64,000 bases of DNA from Flavobacteriales bacterium UBA7690 (lineage in GTDB: Bacteria; Bacteroidota; Bacteroidia; Flavobacteriales_F; PHOS-HE28): NCBI GenBank assembly GCA_002482775.1, contig DLGQ01000039.1:66182-130181 (forward strand), given 5' to 3'. Position numbers and translations under genes: made by a program. Below the pieces are notes generated by a model, which made no database searches, was not told the origin of the DNA, and worked only from the letters and a program-made list of their open reading frames with translations. Below are positions 28,013 to 38,024 of the stretch, piece by piece; the first letter of the stretch is position 1, and each line of letters begins with the position of its first letter.

Positions 28013-28992
28013 CAGTTCAGGTGGATGCGTTGCATGCGTTTCACGTTGAAGTAGCGGTCGTCGGTGAGACTATCAGGGATAGCACCCGCGTCGAAGGCTT
28101 TCTTCAGGTCGCGCACGGCATCTTCCAAACTGTGCGTGGCCACGAAACCGATGTCCTGCTTGATCTTCTCGCTGCTCACGTGGTAGCTGCGCAGATCATC
28201 CGTTGGCGTGGTGACGATGCGCACATGATCACCGATCACGTTCCGAACCATGCCCGCGATCTCGGCGATGGTGAAGTTGTCGTAGCCCGCGTTCCAGATC
28301 TTCCCGGCGATGCGCTCCTTCGGCAGTTCGAGCAACTGGATGTAGAGGTCCGTCATGTCCTCGATGTGGATGTTGGGGCGCTTCTGTGTTCCACCGAACA
28401 CCGTGATCTCGCCCTTGTTCACCGCTAGGTTGGTGAGGATGTTGACGCTGAGGTCGAGGCGCAGGCGTTTGCCGTACCCGCACACCGTTGCCGGACGGAT
28501 CGTCACCGTGGTGAAGTCGTCGCTCTGGAACGGTACGAGGATCTCCTCGCATAGCATCTTGAACTTGCTGTAGTCGGTGAGCGGCTCCAGCACCATGTCC
28601 TCCGTCACATTAGGCTCTTCCTTGATGCCGTATACGCTGCTGGATGAGGCATAAATGAACCGCTTCACGCCGCTCTCTTTGCTGATGCGCACCAACGGTT
28701 CGAAGGCGTCCAGGTTGATGCCCTTGCCGAGCTCCGGGTTCAGCTCGAAGCTTGGATCGTTGCTGATGCAGGCGAGGTGGATCACGGCGTCATGCCCCGG
28801 AAGCAGTTGCTTCAAAAGCGCCTGATCGCGGATGTCGCCCTTCACGGCGTTGAGCTTTTCGTGCTTCGGCAGCACTTCCTCGCCGTAGATCATCAGGTCC
28901 AGCACCGTTACGGCGTAGCCCTTGTCCAAAAGCTTCGGCACGAGCACCGACCCTACGTATCCGGCGCCGCCGGTGATGAAGATCCTATTCAC
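28012..28992 (-). CDS. NAD-dependent sugar epimerase/dehydratase (extended SDR)
   Basis: (V)NRIFITGGAGYVGSVL. GTG start at 28992 overlaps the upstream TGA by 4 nt. No in-frame ATG lies near the Rossmann motif; the 417-aa ORF is an unsupported extension. Confidence 0.8.
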   Translation of the reverse strand: MNRIFITGGAGYVGSVLVPKLLDKGYAVTVLDLMIYGEEVLPKHEKLNAVKGDIRDQALLKQLLPGHDAVIHLACISNDPSFELNPELGKGINLDAFEPLVRISKESGVKRFIYASSSSVYGIKEEPNVTEDMVLEPLTDYSKFKMLCEEILVPFQSDDFTTVTIRPATVCGYGKRLRLDLSVNILTNLAVNKGEITVFGGTQKRPNIHIEDMTDLYIQLLELPKERIAGKIWNAGYDNFTIAEIAGMVRNVIGDHVRIVTTPTDDLRSYHVSSEKIKQDIGFVATHSLEDAVRDLKKAFDAGAIPDSLTDDRYFNVKRMQRIHLN

Positions 28993-29648
28993 TGTTCGTT
29001 CGTTTCGTTCAATTGTTCTATAACACGGGGCGGTGCGCCTACGACCTTCGTGAAGGGTTCCACGCGATCCAACACCACTGTTCCGGCTCCGCAGATCGCA
29101 CCACGACCAACACTCGCATCCGGGATCACCAATGTTCCTGTTCCAAGAAAGGCATCCTGCTCTATCCGCACGCGGCCCGCTGTGTGAACACCAGGTCCGA
29201 TGTTCGCACCATCCTCGATCACATTGTCGTGATCGATCGTGGCACCGGTGTGGATGTTGACACAATCGCCCACCCGCGTTCCGCTCACAAGGATGACGCC
29301 CTGTCCGATGTAACAGCCTCGGCCGATCACAACGTCCGCATCGCGTATCACCGTGGGGTGGATGGCGTTGATGAGCTGAAGACCGTGTTCTTTCAACTTA
29401 CCGGCCAATGCGCGCCGACCTGGATTGTCGCCGATGGCTACAATGCCACCCGCTATTCCATGGCCAGCCTTCAGCGCTGGGATGTCCTTCATCGCACCCA
29501 GAACGGGCACATTGTTGATCACGAGGCCCAGTTTCTGAGGGTCATCGTCCACGAAGCCGACCACCTCGTGCTCACCGGCTGCGCGTACCACTTCCAGCAC
29601 CACTTTGGCGTGGCCGTCTGCACGGGCTCCGATGATCAAACACTTCAT
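28989..29648 (-). CDS. NeuD/PglB(PglD)/VioB-family sugar N-acetyltransferase (left-handed beta-helix)
   Basis: MKCLIIGARADGHAKVV N-terminal Rossmann-like part, followed by hexapeptide repeats (IGRGCYIGQGVILVSGTRVGDCVNIHTGATIDHD...). Confidence 0.85.
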   Translation of the reverse strand: MKCLIIGARADGHAKVVLEVVRAAGEHEVVGFVDDDPQKLGLVINNVPVLGAMKDIPALKAGHGIAGGIVAIGDNPGRRALAGKLKEHGLQLINAIHPTVIRDADVVIGRGCYIGQGVILVSGTRVGDCVNIHTGATIDHDNVIEDGANIGPGVHTAGRVRIEQDAFLGTGTLVIPDASVGRGAICGAGTVVLDRVEPFTKVVGAPPRVIEQLNETNEQ

Positions 29649-29715
29649 GTTCTGGAAAAGCACGCGAATTTAGCCAACGAAGGGGTCTCTATCTTGCAGA
29701 ACAATCCAAGCGCGC

Positions 29716-30705
29716 ATGAACTTCCGCTCTTTCTTGCCTTTCGTAGCCCAATTGCCGGTCATTGCAGGCTTTGGTCAAAACCTGGTCTCGAATCCCGGTT
29801 TCGAGGAGTATTCCAGTTGTCCTTCAACCTACAATCAAGTGGAGCGGGCTGTGGGCTGGTTCAGGTCCACCAATGGGAACGACCCGGAGTTCCACACGGA
29901 ATATCTACACGCGTGCAACTCAGGGATCTTCTCCAGCCCGAACAATACTTGGGGGTACCAAGAGCCGCTTTCCGGGGAAGGCTATATGGCCCTGAATACG
30001 ATGTCCCCGGAGATCTTCCAGAACTATCGGGAGAACATCTACACGCAATTGATCGCACCCACACAGATCGGGGTCGAATACACGGTACGCGTGAGCATCT
30101 CGCATACCGACAATAGCCAGTTCGCGACGAATAACTTCGGCATAAAACTGTCGACGAACACTGATTTCCCCATCGACAACAACTGCCAACTCGCCCTGGC
30201 GGATGTGGTGATGAACAAGACGGGATGGTCCACTGTCACCGCGACGTTCATCGCTGATCAGGCTTACACACATCTGGCGATCGGGAATTTCATGACGGAT
30301 GACAACACCATGGTGATCGAAGCCTGCTCATCCTGTCCATACGACCTGTTCGGTTATTATGTTGATGATGTCTGTTTGGTGCCCGCGAATACCGACCTGT
30401 GCTCCTCGTGCAAGGAACGCTTCAACCCAACACTCGGGTTGGTAACTGCGGCTCCCGAAATGCTGACGCTCTCGCCAACGCTATTGGGAACGGCGATCCA
30501 GGACTTGGAGATCAGCCTCCAGAACAACTTGATAAGCAGTATTGAGGTATTCGATGCTGGCGGCCGTTCTGTGCTATCCAACCGCTACCGCAACCGATCA
30601 AGTGTGCGCATTTCCACAACTGACCTCGCGAATGGTGCCTACTCCATCGCAGTGGTCAGCGAGGATGCAACGAAACTCACTGGGCGCTTCGTCGTTGCGC
30701 GATGA
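29716..30705 (+). CDS. secreted protein with T9SS type-A (Por_Secre_tail) C-terminal domain
   Basis: N-terminal signal-like segment, NLVSNPGFEEYSSCP module. C-terminus is SIEVFDAGGRSV...ISTTDLANGAYSIAVVSEDATKLTGRFVVAR. Confidence 0.7.
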   Translation: MNFRSFLPFVAQLPVIAGFGQNLVSNPGFEEYSSCPSTYNQVERAVGWFRSTNGNDPEFHTEYLHACNSGIFSSPNNTWGYQEPLSGEGYMALNTMSPEIFQNYRENIYTQLIAPTQIGVEYTVRVSISHTDNSQFATNNFGIKLSTNTDFPIDNNCQLALADVVMNKTGWSTVTATFIADQAYTHLAIGNFMTDDNTMVIEACSSCPYDLFGYYVDDVCLVPANTDLCSSCKERFNPTLGLVTAAPEMLTLSPTLLGTAIQDLEISLQNNLISSIEVFDAGGRSVLSNRYRNRSSVRISTTDLANGAYSIAVVSEDATKLTGRFVVAR

Positions 30706-31924
30706 TGCGTTCGTAGAAGGCTAAGAGGCGGGGTGTCTGCTCCTTCAAGGACAATGCGACACGTGCTTGCTGCGCCGGAAGAGCAAGCCTGTCCTGCAGT
30801 TTCTTACTTAGTTCCATCAGGTCGGTGCCTTTGATGGCCACTCCCGCGCCGCTGCGCTTGGCCTTCCATGATTGGAAACCAAGGTCCGTGGAAACGACCA
30901 CCGGCAAACCTGCTTCCAAGAAGTTGAAAAGCTTGAGCGCTGTGGCATACTTGAGCTTCTCGGGCGATTGATCCGACCTTTCCACAAAGAAGGGTATCAA
31001 CCCAAAATGATACCGCGCCAACTCCCCAGCCAACACTTCCTGTTTCACCGGCTGGTGGTAGTGGAAACGCGGGTTGGTCTTCGCCAATTCCATGTACTCA
31101 CTGCGATCCGCCTCCAACGTGGTCGGACTCGGGTAGATGTGCAGGTGTAGCCCTTGTTTGGTCAATGTATCGATCAATCCGAAGAACTGGATGTTGCCGA
31201 AGTAGCGTGGATCGCGGTGTGATCCGGCCACGCCGCCAGCATAGACCAGGTGGATCTCCGCGTCCGAGATCTTCGGTACGCCGGTGATGAAACGGTCATC
31301 GTCGCAGTAAAGCGGGAAGAACAAGGTGGGTGGCCGCGTGCTGCGCGGAATGCCGTAGCGGCGGAAACCTTCGGCGGGTTCCAGGCTGTGTGCGATGACA
31401 CCATCGGCGTGGGCCATGCATGCTTTCTCGTGCGGCAGTTCGGCGCGCAGCCAGCGTTTCGTGGGCGTTGTTCCGTAGTAGACCACCAATGTATCCTGCA
31501 GATCGTGGATGTAGGGCACATCGGGCATGGCCTTGCGCGCGACATCGGGGTAGTGGCTCTTCGGTGCGAAACCGTGGATGAGCCAGGGCTTCGGCAAAGC
31601 CCGCAACAACCGGCGCAGGTGCCACGCGTTGCGGTACCGCACGATCGCCATGAAGCCTTCCGAGAACTCCGGGATGAAGCCTTCGGTATGGCAGAGCAGG
31701 ATCACTTTGCGACCGCTGAGGCGTGTGACCCATTTCGCCATGCGACCCGCGCGCGCCATCAACAATTCGGCGACGTATAACAAGGCATCGTTCACCTTCG
31801 CTTCAACGGGAATACGAGGCGGGATGCGCAGGAAGTAGAGCATCGCATCCACCGCACCGCTGGATCGTACGCGCAACTCGCGCACGATCTTCACCTTCCA
31901 CGTCCGCAGTGTGAGCGCGTTCAT
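30677..31924 (-). CDS. glycosyltransferase (GT-B-like)
   Basis: 415 aa from MNALTLR (the ATG overlaps the upstream stop, ATGA). C-terminal half has ALKLFNFLEAGLPVVVSTDL, which resembles GT1/GT4 donor-binding regions. Confidence 0.6.
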   Translation of the reverse strand: MNALTLRTWKVKIVRELRVRSSGAVDAMLYFLRIPPRIPVEAKVNDALLYVAELLMARAGRMAKWVTRLSGRKVILLCHTEGFIPEFSEGFMAIVRYRNAWHLRRLLRALPKPWLIHGFAPKSHYPDVARKAMPDVPYIHDLQDTLVVYYGTTPTKRWLRAELPHEKACMAHADGVIAHSLEPAEGFRRYGIPRSTRPPTLFFPLYCDDDRFITGVPKISDAEIHLVYAGGVAGSHRDPRYFGNIQFFGLIDTLTKQGLHLHIYPSPTTLEADRSEYMELAKTNPRFHYHQPVKQEVLAGELARYHFGLIPFFVERSDQSPEKLKYATALKLFNFLEAGLPVVVSTDLGFQSWKAKRSGAGVAIKGTDLMELSKKLQDRLALPAQQARVALSLKEQTPRLLAFYERIIAQRRSAQ

Positions 31925-33414
31925 CGCGAGGTGTTGAAGAACCGCTGTTTCAACGTGGCGGCTTGCTCGCTCAGGTCCGGGGCCAGGCGCAGGAAATACA
32001 CCGCGGGCCAGAACAGTACCGTGACCAGTACGATGCGGACGATGGCATTGGTCCACAGCTCGCCGATGAGCGGCAGCAACCACAGCAGTGCGACCAACGC
32101 TGCACCAACCAACGCGGTACGCATGGTGCTTGCATCGAACGGCCAGAGACCGTGCTTCTTACGCAAGAAGGCCATGCGCCAGGCGAGCACCAATGTGAAC
32201 GAGACCAGCGACGACCATGCCGCGCCCACCATGCCGAAGAGCTTGATGAAAGCGAAGTCCAGCACCACGTTAAGGATCACGAGCACGGCTCCGCTCACCG
32301 CATCGAACCAATAGGAACGTGAGGTGGCCACGATACCACCGCTCAAGCCGCCAGCCAGGTTGATCACGTTGACCGCCGCAAGGATGAGCAAGGCCTGACG
32401 GGCGATGGCGTACCCCGGTTTCATCAACGAGAACAGGGCATCCACGCCGCTCCACAAACAGAGGAAGAGGTAGATGCCGATGACGAGCTGGATCGCTGCG
32501 GAGCGCCGGTAGATCATGCTGATCTTGGCGTGATCACGTCTTTTCCACGCTTCGGCGAGGATGGGCATGCTGGGCAATACCAACGCCCTTGCCGGAATGA
32601 GTATCACGCTTGCGATGTAGAACGCAACGGCGTAGTACGCCACGTTGTCCAAGCCGTTCTTCAGCATGGCACCCACCATCAGTTGGTCGATGTTGCCCAA
32701 GGCGATCACCGCCATGCTACTGCCGAAGGTGAACAAGGCGTACCGCGACATGCTGCGGCCGAGCCGCTTCGGCACACGCAATCGACTGAGACCGAAATGC
32801 AGGTTGTCGCTGCGCCAAAGGTCAAGTACCAACCAGGCGGTGCTCACCAAGAAGGTGCCCACGTACAGCAGCATGAAGGTGCGCAGGTCGAAGTGCATCT
32901 TGGCCTGCACCAGGATCAAGCCCATCTGCAATACACGCAACAGGAATTCCCGCGAGAACGTGGGCGCGATACTGCGATGGACCGAACGGCTGTAGCTGCG
33001 GAAGAGGAAGAAGCAGACCTCGGAAAGTACGAGCGGTAAGACGGTAATACCGTGCTCAGCGTACAGGCCATCCGCTGCGCCGAACCAAAGTGCGAACGTG
33101 CCGTGAAATGCCCACAGGATGAAGATGGCAACGAGCGAACCGACCGTGCCGATGCCCAATACCAGGGAGAGCAATCCGTTGTGCTTCCGCTCCGCATCGC
33201 GGAAATACGGGAAGTACCGGATCACCGTATTGTCCAAGCCCAGCTGTGCCACTTGTGCCGCGATGGCCGCGATGGAAACCACCAACCGCGTGAGCCCGAA
33301 CTGGTCGGCGGGTAGGATCTTCGGATACAACAACACCACGTTGACGAAGCCCAACGCCAACCCCACGTAGGCGAGTGCCGCGTTCCAGCTGGCCTGGCGG
33401 ACTACGATGCCCAT
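31921..33414 (-). CDS. polysaccharide flippase (MOP/Wzx-like)
   Basis: About 497 aa, polytopic. The N-terminal ASWNAALAYVGLALGFVNVVLLYPKILPADQFGLTRL is typical of this family. An alternative start is at 33471. Confidence 0.75.
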   Translation of the reverse strand: MGIVVRQASWNAALAYVGLALGFVNVVLLYPKILPADQFGLTRLVVSIAAIAAQVAQLGLDNTVIRYFPYFRDAERKHNGLLSLVLGIGTVGSLVAIFILWAFHGTFALWFGAADGLYAEHGITVLPLVLSEVCFFLFRSYSRSVHRSIAPTFSREFLLRVLQMGLILVQAKMHFDLRTFMLLYVGTFLVSTAWLVLDLWRSDNLHFGLSRLRVPKRLGRSMSRYALFTFGSSMAVIALGNIDQLMVGAMLKNGLDNVAYYAVAFYIASVILIPARALVLPSMPILAEAWKRRDHAKISMIYRRSAAIQLVIGIYLFLCLWSGVDALFSLMKPGYAIARQALLILAAVNVINLAGGLSGGIVATSRSYWFDAVSGAVLVILNVVLDFAFIKLFGMVGAAWSSLVSFTLVLAWRMAFLRKKHGLWPFDASTMRTALVGAALVALLWLLPLIGELWTNAIVRIVLVTVLFWPAVYFLRLAPDLSEQAATLKQRFFNTSR

Positions 33415-33493
33415 GCGCGGCGCGGGGATTGTGGTTCGTGTGGCACGGTTGCGAAAGTAGGGGGCGATCACGCACTGGAAGAGAATGCACCTT

Positions 33494-33545
33494 CCCCCCT
33501 AACCCACCCTCACCCCCTAACTCTCTCCGAGGGAGAGGGGAGAAT
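33494..33545. repeat. C-rich/G-rich hairpin element in an intergenic gap
   Basis: CCCCCTAACCCACCCTCACCCCCTAA-CTCTCC-GAG-GGAGAG-GGGAG. There is a 6-bp stem at 33523..33537 with C-run and G-run flanks. It lies between two co-oriented minus-strand genes. Confidence 0.35.
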
Positions 33546-33552
33546 ACCGGTC

Positions 33553-34833
33553 TCACCTAATGACCGTCCCCAAGAGCTTCGCCAACTGGGCGGTCAGGTT
33601 GCGGCGGTCGTAGGCTGCAATATCGGACGCCTTCCCTAGAGTGTTCATGAACAATGATGCGACCGCTTTGCGCATGCCCGTTGCATCTTCCCGTGCGATC
33701 ACCGTATGTCCATCGCCCAGAACACGCACGATGTCCGCATCCAGCGGCGCGATGCAGAGGATGGGCCGTTGTGCGCTGAGGTATTCGAACACCTTCGCGG
33801 GAAGGAATCCACCGACGTTCGGGGTGTTGTTCACCGGCAGTAACAAGGCCTTCGCGCGTTGCATGTGGCGCATGGCTTCGGCGTGGGAGACCTGCGCAAT
33901 GCGTTCAACATAGGGTGTAAGGCCCGCCGCTTCGATGCTGCGTTGTATGGTGTGATCAACACTGCCGACCAATCGGAGCTTGAAGCGCGAACGGAATTCG
34001 GCATCGCTGGTGATGCGTTCTGCAAGTGCGTTCCAGAGTTCGGGCACATCGCGGGTGGCGCTGATGGAACCGACGTGTACGAGCGACCATTCATCATCCA
34101 CCTGCGCAGGTGGTGAGGGCACATCCGCTGGATCAAAACCGTTGGTGATAACGTCCACGTTCTTCGCGCCGAGGGCTTTCAGTTCTTCGGCCCAATGCCA
34201 GCTCACGGTGATCACGCGATCCGCTTCGGTCAACACCGCACGCTCCAGCTTGTGCTGCTCGGCATCGGCCCACTTCGTCAATTTCAACTGGCCGTAGAAA
34301 TCGATATTCGTCCACGGATCACGGAAGTCGGCTACCCATGGAATGCCCGTGCGCTTCTTCAATGCCCGCCCGATCAAATGCAGGCTGTGCGGCGATCCCG
34401 TGGTGACGATCACATCCACAGGATTGGCCTTCAGGTAGGCTAGCAAGCGCGTCACCGAAGGTTTCACCCACCACACGCGTGCATCGGGAATGAAGAAGTT
34501 GCTGCGCACCCAGTTGGCCACGTTCTCCTTCCACGTTGGCCCACCACCATCCTCTTTCAAGAATGCCGTCTGCAAACGCTCATCGGACTTCTTTCCGGTG
34601 AAGCGTTTGTACCAGGTGTACGGCTCGATGATCGGCGCTTTGATGACCTCGGCTTCCGGTGGTACCTCCTTCACCAACGCTTCGTCCACGGCCATCAGCT
34701 CCGGGTTCTCCGGCGTGTACACCACCGGCTGCCAACCGAATTGCGGCAGGTATTTCGTGAACTTCAGCCAGCGATACACCCCTACCCCGGCGTTCGGTGG
34801 CCAGTAGTAGGCGATGATCAGCACCCGTTTCAT
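33553..34833 (-). CDS. glycosyltransferase family 4
   Basis: MKRVLIIAYYWPPNAGVGVYRWLKFTKYLPQFGWQPVVYTPENP. ATG overlaps the YfhO stop (ATGA). Confidence 0.8.
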   Translation of the reverse strand: MKRVLIIAYYWPPNAGVGVYRWLKFTKYLPQFGWQPVVYTPENPELMAVDEALVKEVPPEAEVIKAPIIEPYTWYKRFTGKKSDERLQTAFLKEDGGGPTWKENVANWVRSNFFIPDARVWWVKPSVTRLLAYLKANPVDVIVTTGSPHSLHLIGRALKKRTGIPWVADFRDPWTNIDFYGQLKLTKWADAEQHKLERAVLTEADRVITVSWHWAEELKALGAKNVDVITNGFDPADVPSPPAQVDDEWSLVHVGSISATRDVPELWNALAERITSDAEFRSRFKLRLVGSVDHTIQRSIEAAGLTPYVERIAQVSHAEAMRHMQRAKALLLPVNNTPNVGGFLPAKVFEYLSAQRPILCIAPLDADIVRVLGDGHTVIAREDATGMRKAVASLFMNTLGKASDIAAYDRRNLTAQLAKLLGTVIR

Positions 34834-37658
34834 TCCGGCTTCTGCGTGGTGCGCCATTCCCAACCGAGCGCACCGATCACCAACAGGAGCAACAACGCGC
34901 TCGAAGCCATCGCCAACGGACGCGAGGTGTTGTACGGCTTGCTCTCCACTTTGAAGACGATGGCGTGTTCGCCTGCGGGTACGGCCATCGCGCGCAGCAC
35001 GTAATCCGCACGTACGTGATCGGCAGGTTGGCCGTCGATGGTGACCGTCCAATCGGGACCGTACCAGATCTCGCTGAAGACCACCACACCACCGTTCTGC
35101 GACCGTACGTTGTAGGTGAGTTCGTTGGTCTCGTACTCCGTCAATTCAACGCTGGCTGATGGATCGGCGATGGCTTTGGCATCACCCAACTGCGTCTTGT
35201 ACCGTTCATCGATGAGCACGGTGCGCGATGGATCGATGTTGCCCAGCTCGGTGATCTCCTCATCGCCGTTCTTCACCCACTTCACCTCATCCACGAACCA
35301 GCCTGCACCGTAGGCATTGCTGTTGCGGATCGGCGGACGCTCCGGGTTGTAGACGAGGTAGCGCGTGTTCAACATGTTGAGGACACCTTCTTTCGCGAGC
35401 AAGCTGTCGATCTGCGGAAGTGATGTGCCGCCTTGCAACAAGCCCCCTACACGTTGCATCGCACCGGTGAGGTGGAACTCGATCAGCTCTTGGTAACGCT
35501 TCAACTTGGCGCCGTGGTAACCGCCGAGGCTGCGATGGAAGTAGCTCGCTTTGGTATCGTTGAAGGGGTTGTTCAACCCCAGGACACGGTAATCCGCATG
35601 GCGGCGCAGGCTGCTGAAACGCTCGGCGAGTTCCACTTCAGGCTTCACAAATTTTTCGCCCGACTCCTTCAACCGTGCCATACGGGCCTTGTGTTCCGCT
35701 TCTGCTTCGGGCGACCATTCGGCTTCGAGGATCGCTTTGTCGGCCGCGTCGGGTTTGTACGGCCGCTTGAATTCCTCCGCATCCACCCACTTCGCATAAC
35801 GCCCGCGCTCTTTCTCGTTGTGCATGTAGCGCTTGTCCACCGTCCACTGATCCAGCAGGAACAACGCACCGAGGCCCGCGACCAAGACCACCTTGCCGAT
35901 CTTCTTCTTCCCGAAGAAATAGACCAACGCACCGGCCGCCACCACGAAGGCGAAGCTTCGCCAGACATCGGCGGTGAAGATGCCGATGCGCACAGCCTTC
36001 AACTCGTCCACGAAGACGCGTACTTGCGCTTCCATAGCGGGTGAATCCTCGGCCTGTTGCGCCAACATCACTTGTTCCTGATCGCTCACGAAACTGAAGA
36101 AGGTGTCCGGCGCGAGGCCCATGCCCAATAACACCACGAGCACCGATCCCATCGCGATCAACGAACGTTTCTCCATTACCTTGTCCCAGCCGCCGTTGCG
36201 GATGAGGCGGTCGAGGTAGAGGATCGCCAGCACCGGCGCGGCCAATTCCACGATAACGAGGATGATGGTGACCGCGCGGAACTTATCGTAACCGGGCACG
36301 TTATCCAGGAAGAAGTCGGTGAGCGGCATCAGGTTGCGGCCCCACGAAAGCATCAACGTGAGGAGCAATGCACTGAAGAGCGCATACACCAGGCCGTCGC
36401 GCATGAGCCAGAGACCAGCCAGCAGGTAGAGGATGATGACCGCACCGGCCAACAGCGATGCTTTGATGCCGCCCACGTGAGCCACGGCCACCGAAGGGTC
36501 GAACGGTGCGGCGTTGGAGATCATGATCTGCAAGAGGATCACCAGCAGCGAACCGAGCAGCCACCAGCGGTCGCGCCCTTCGGCTTGCATCAACAACATC
36601 AGCATCAGCAGGATCACGATCACGCCCACGTACTGCGGACCGCTCGTGCTGATCTGATCGCCCCAATAGCGGTTCATCTGGGCGAGGTTCTGGCGGTAGC
36701 GTTGATCCGCACCTGCCAGCTCCGGACCGTTGCCGATCATGCTGGAGTAGCCGCCCTTCGCATCGGGCACCAACAAGGTGAACGACTCCTGTTTGCCGTA
36801 GCTGTACGTGGTGATGTAGTCGCGGTCCAGACCCGCTGTCCGCAGGCCTTCAGCGGAAGAACCATCCGCCTGTATGGTGAGCTCGCTCTTGCCGCGCGTG
36901 CTGTACTTGCCGTATTCCATCGTGCTCCACAACACACCCAGGTTGCACAACACCGCCAGGCCAGCAGCGATGGCACCCAAACCCGAACGTTTGGTAAAAT
37001 CCACCAGCTGCTTCTCGCGCACCGCACGCATCAATTCGGCAAGCACGAAGAGCAGTAATAAGATCGCGAGGTAGTAGGTTACCTGCAGGTGGTTCTGCAT
37101 GATCTGCAAGCCGAGGAATAAGCCCAGCAGCGCTGCACCCAGGATCATCCGTCCACGGTACAGGAGGTACAGCCCGCCGAGCACCATGGGCATGTAGCCG
37201 ATGGCGTTGGCCTTGCTGGTGTGGCCCGCAGGAAGGATCACGAAGAAGTAACTGGAGAAGGCGAAGGCGATGGCACCGATCACACTGAGCCACGGATCCA
37301 CCTTCAGGATGCGCAGCAGGACGAACATGCCCATCAGGTACAGGAAGAGGAAATTGGCCGGCCTCGGCAGGAAACCGTGGAAAAGCGAATCGGCGTAAGT
37401 GAGCAGGTTCGCTGTCCACTTGACCGAGATCTGGTAGGCGGGCATGCCGCTGAACATGCTGCCGGTCCAGAGGGCCTCTTCGCCCGTGGCGTCCCGGTGC
37501 TCGTCCACCTCGTGGGCCATGCCCATCCACTGCTTGATGTCGTGCTGGTCCAGCTGTTTGCCGTCCAGCATGGGGCTGAAGTAGACCAAGCTGAGCACAT
37601 AGAACAGGACCAGGGCCGCGAACACGGGCACCAGGCGCTTCCAGGGGATGGAATTCAT
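34830..37658 (-). CDS. YfhO-family polytopic membrane protein (GT-C-like)
   Basis: 942 aa. N-terminal LVYFSPMLDGKQLDQHDIKQWMGMAHE...GSMFSGMPAYQIS and multiple TM helices, with a C-terminal TM anchor. Confidence 0.8.
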   Translation of the reverse strand: MNSIPWKRLVPVFAALVLFYVLSLVYFSPMLDGKQLDQHDIKQWMGMAHEVDEHRDATGEEALWTGSMFSGMPAYQISVKWTANLLTYADSLFHGFLPRPANFLFLYLMGMFVLLRILKVDPWLSVIGAIAFAFSSYFFVILPAGHTSKANAIGYMPMVLGGLYLLYRGRMILGAALLGLFLGLQIMQNHLQVTYYLAILLLLFVLAELMRAVREKQLVDFTKRSGLGAIAAGLAVLCNLGVLWSTMEYGKYSTRGKSELTIQADGSSAEGLRTAGLDRDYITTYSYGKQESFTLLVPDAKGGYSSMIGNGPELAGADQRYRQNLAQMNRYWGDQISTSGPQYVGVIVILLMLMLLMQAEGRDRWWLLGSLLVILLQIMISNAAPFDPSVAVAHVGGIKASLLAGAVIILYLLAGLWLMRDGLVYALFSALLLTLMLSWGRNLMPLTDFFLDNVPGYDKFRAVTIILVIVELAAPVLAILYLDRLIRNGGWDKVMEKRSLIAMGSVLVVLLGMGLAPDTFFSFVSDQEQVMLAQQAEDSPAMEAQVRVFVDELKAVRIGIFTADVWRSFAFVVAAGALVYFFGKKKIGKVVLVAGLGALFLLDQWTVDKRYMHNEKERGRYAKWVDAEEFKRPYKPDAADKAILEAEWSPEAEAEHKARMARLKESGEKFVKPEVELAERFSSLRRHADYRVLGLNNPFNDTKASYFHRSLGGYHGAKLKRYQELIEFHLTGAMQRVGGLLQGGTSLPQIDSLLAKEGVLNMLNTRYLVYNPERPPIRNSNAYGAGWFVDEVKWVKNGDEEITELGNIDPSRTVLIDERYKTQLGDAKAIADPSASVELTEYETNELTYNVRSQNGGVVVFSEIWYGPDWTVTIDGQPADHVRADYVLRAMAVPAGEHAIVFKVESKPYNTSRPLAMASSALLLLLVIGALGWEWRTTQKPE

Positions 37659-37672
37659 GGGTGGTTGGTGGT

Positions 37673-37915
37673 CTACTTGATCTCCTCGAAATCGGCATCC
37701 ACGATGTTGCCGGGCGGTTTCCCGGAACGGTCCGCATCGCCGGGCCGCTCTATCCTTACCTCGCCCGCAGGACGTTGTGGCTCATTGGTGCGCCGCGCCG
37801 GTGGCGGGTCCTTGGCGCGCTGGTACCGTAGGATCATGCGCAGGACCATCCAAGCCAGCACCAACAGGAGGATGGTGCGCAAGGTGCCGTTGAAACTGGC
37901 TTCTACAACGTTCAT
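37673..37915 (-). CDS. DUF4834-type small membrane protein
   Basis: 80 aa: one TM helix, a Pro/Arg-rich linker, and a C-terminal GEV.I...DADFEEIK as in DUF4834. Confidence 0.6.
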   Translation of the reverse strand: MNVVEASFNGTLRTILLLVLAWMVLRMILRYQRAKDPPPARRTNEPQRPAGEVRIERPGDADRSGKPPGNIVDADFEEIK

Positions 37916-38024
37916 CGGAAGCGGCCAAAGATAGTCCCCGGCCTTTGCCCGGCCCCAGAACCGTACCTTCGCGGCCGTTACGCGCTAGGCAAGCGCTTCG
38001 CCACTCCCCTTTTCCCACCTGAAG

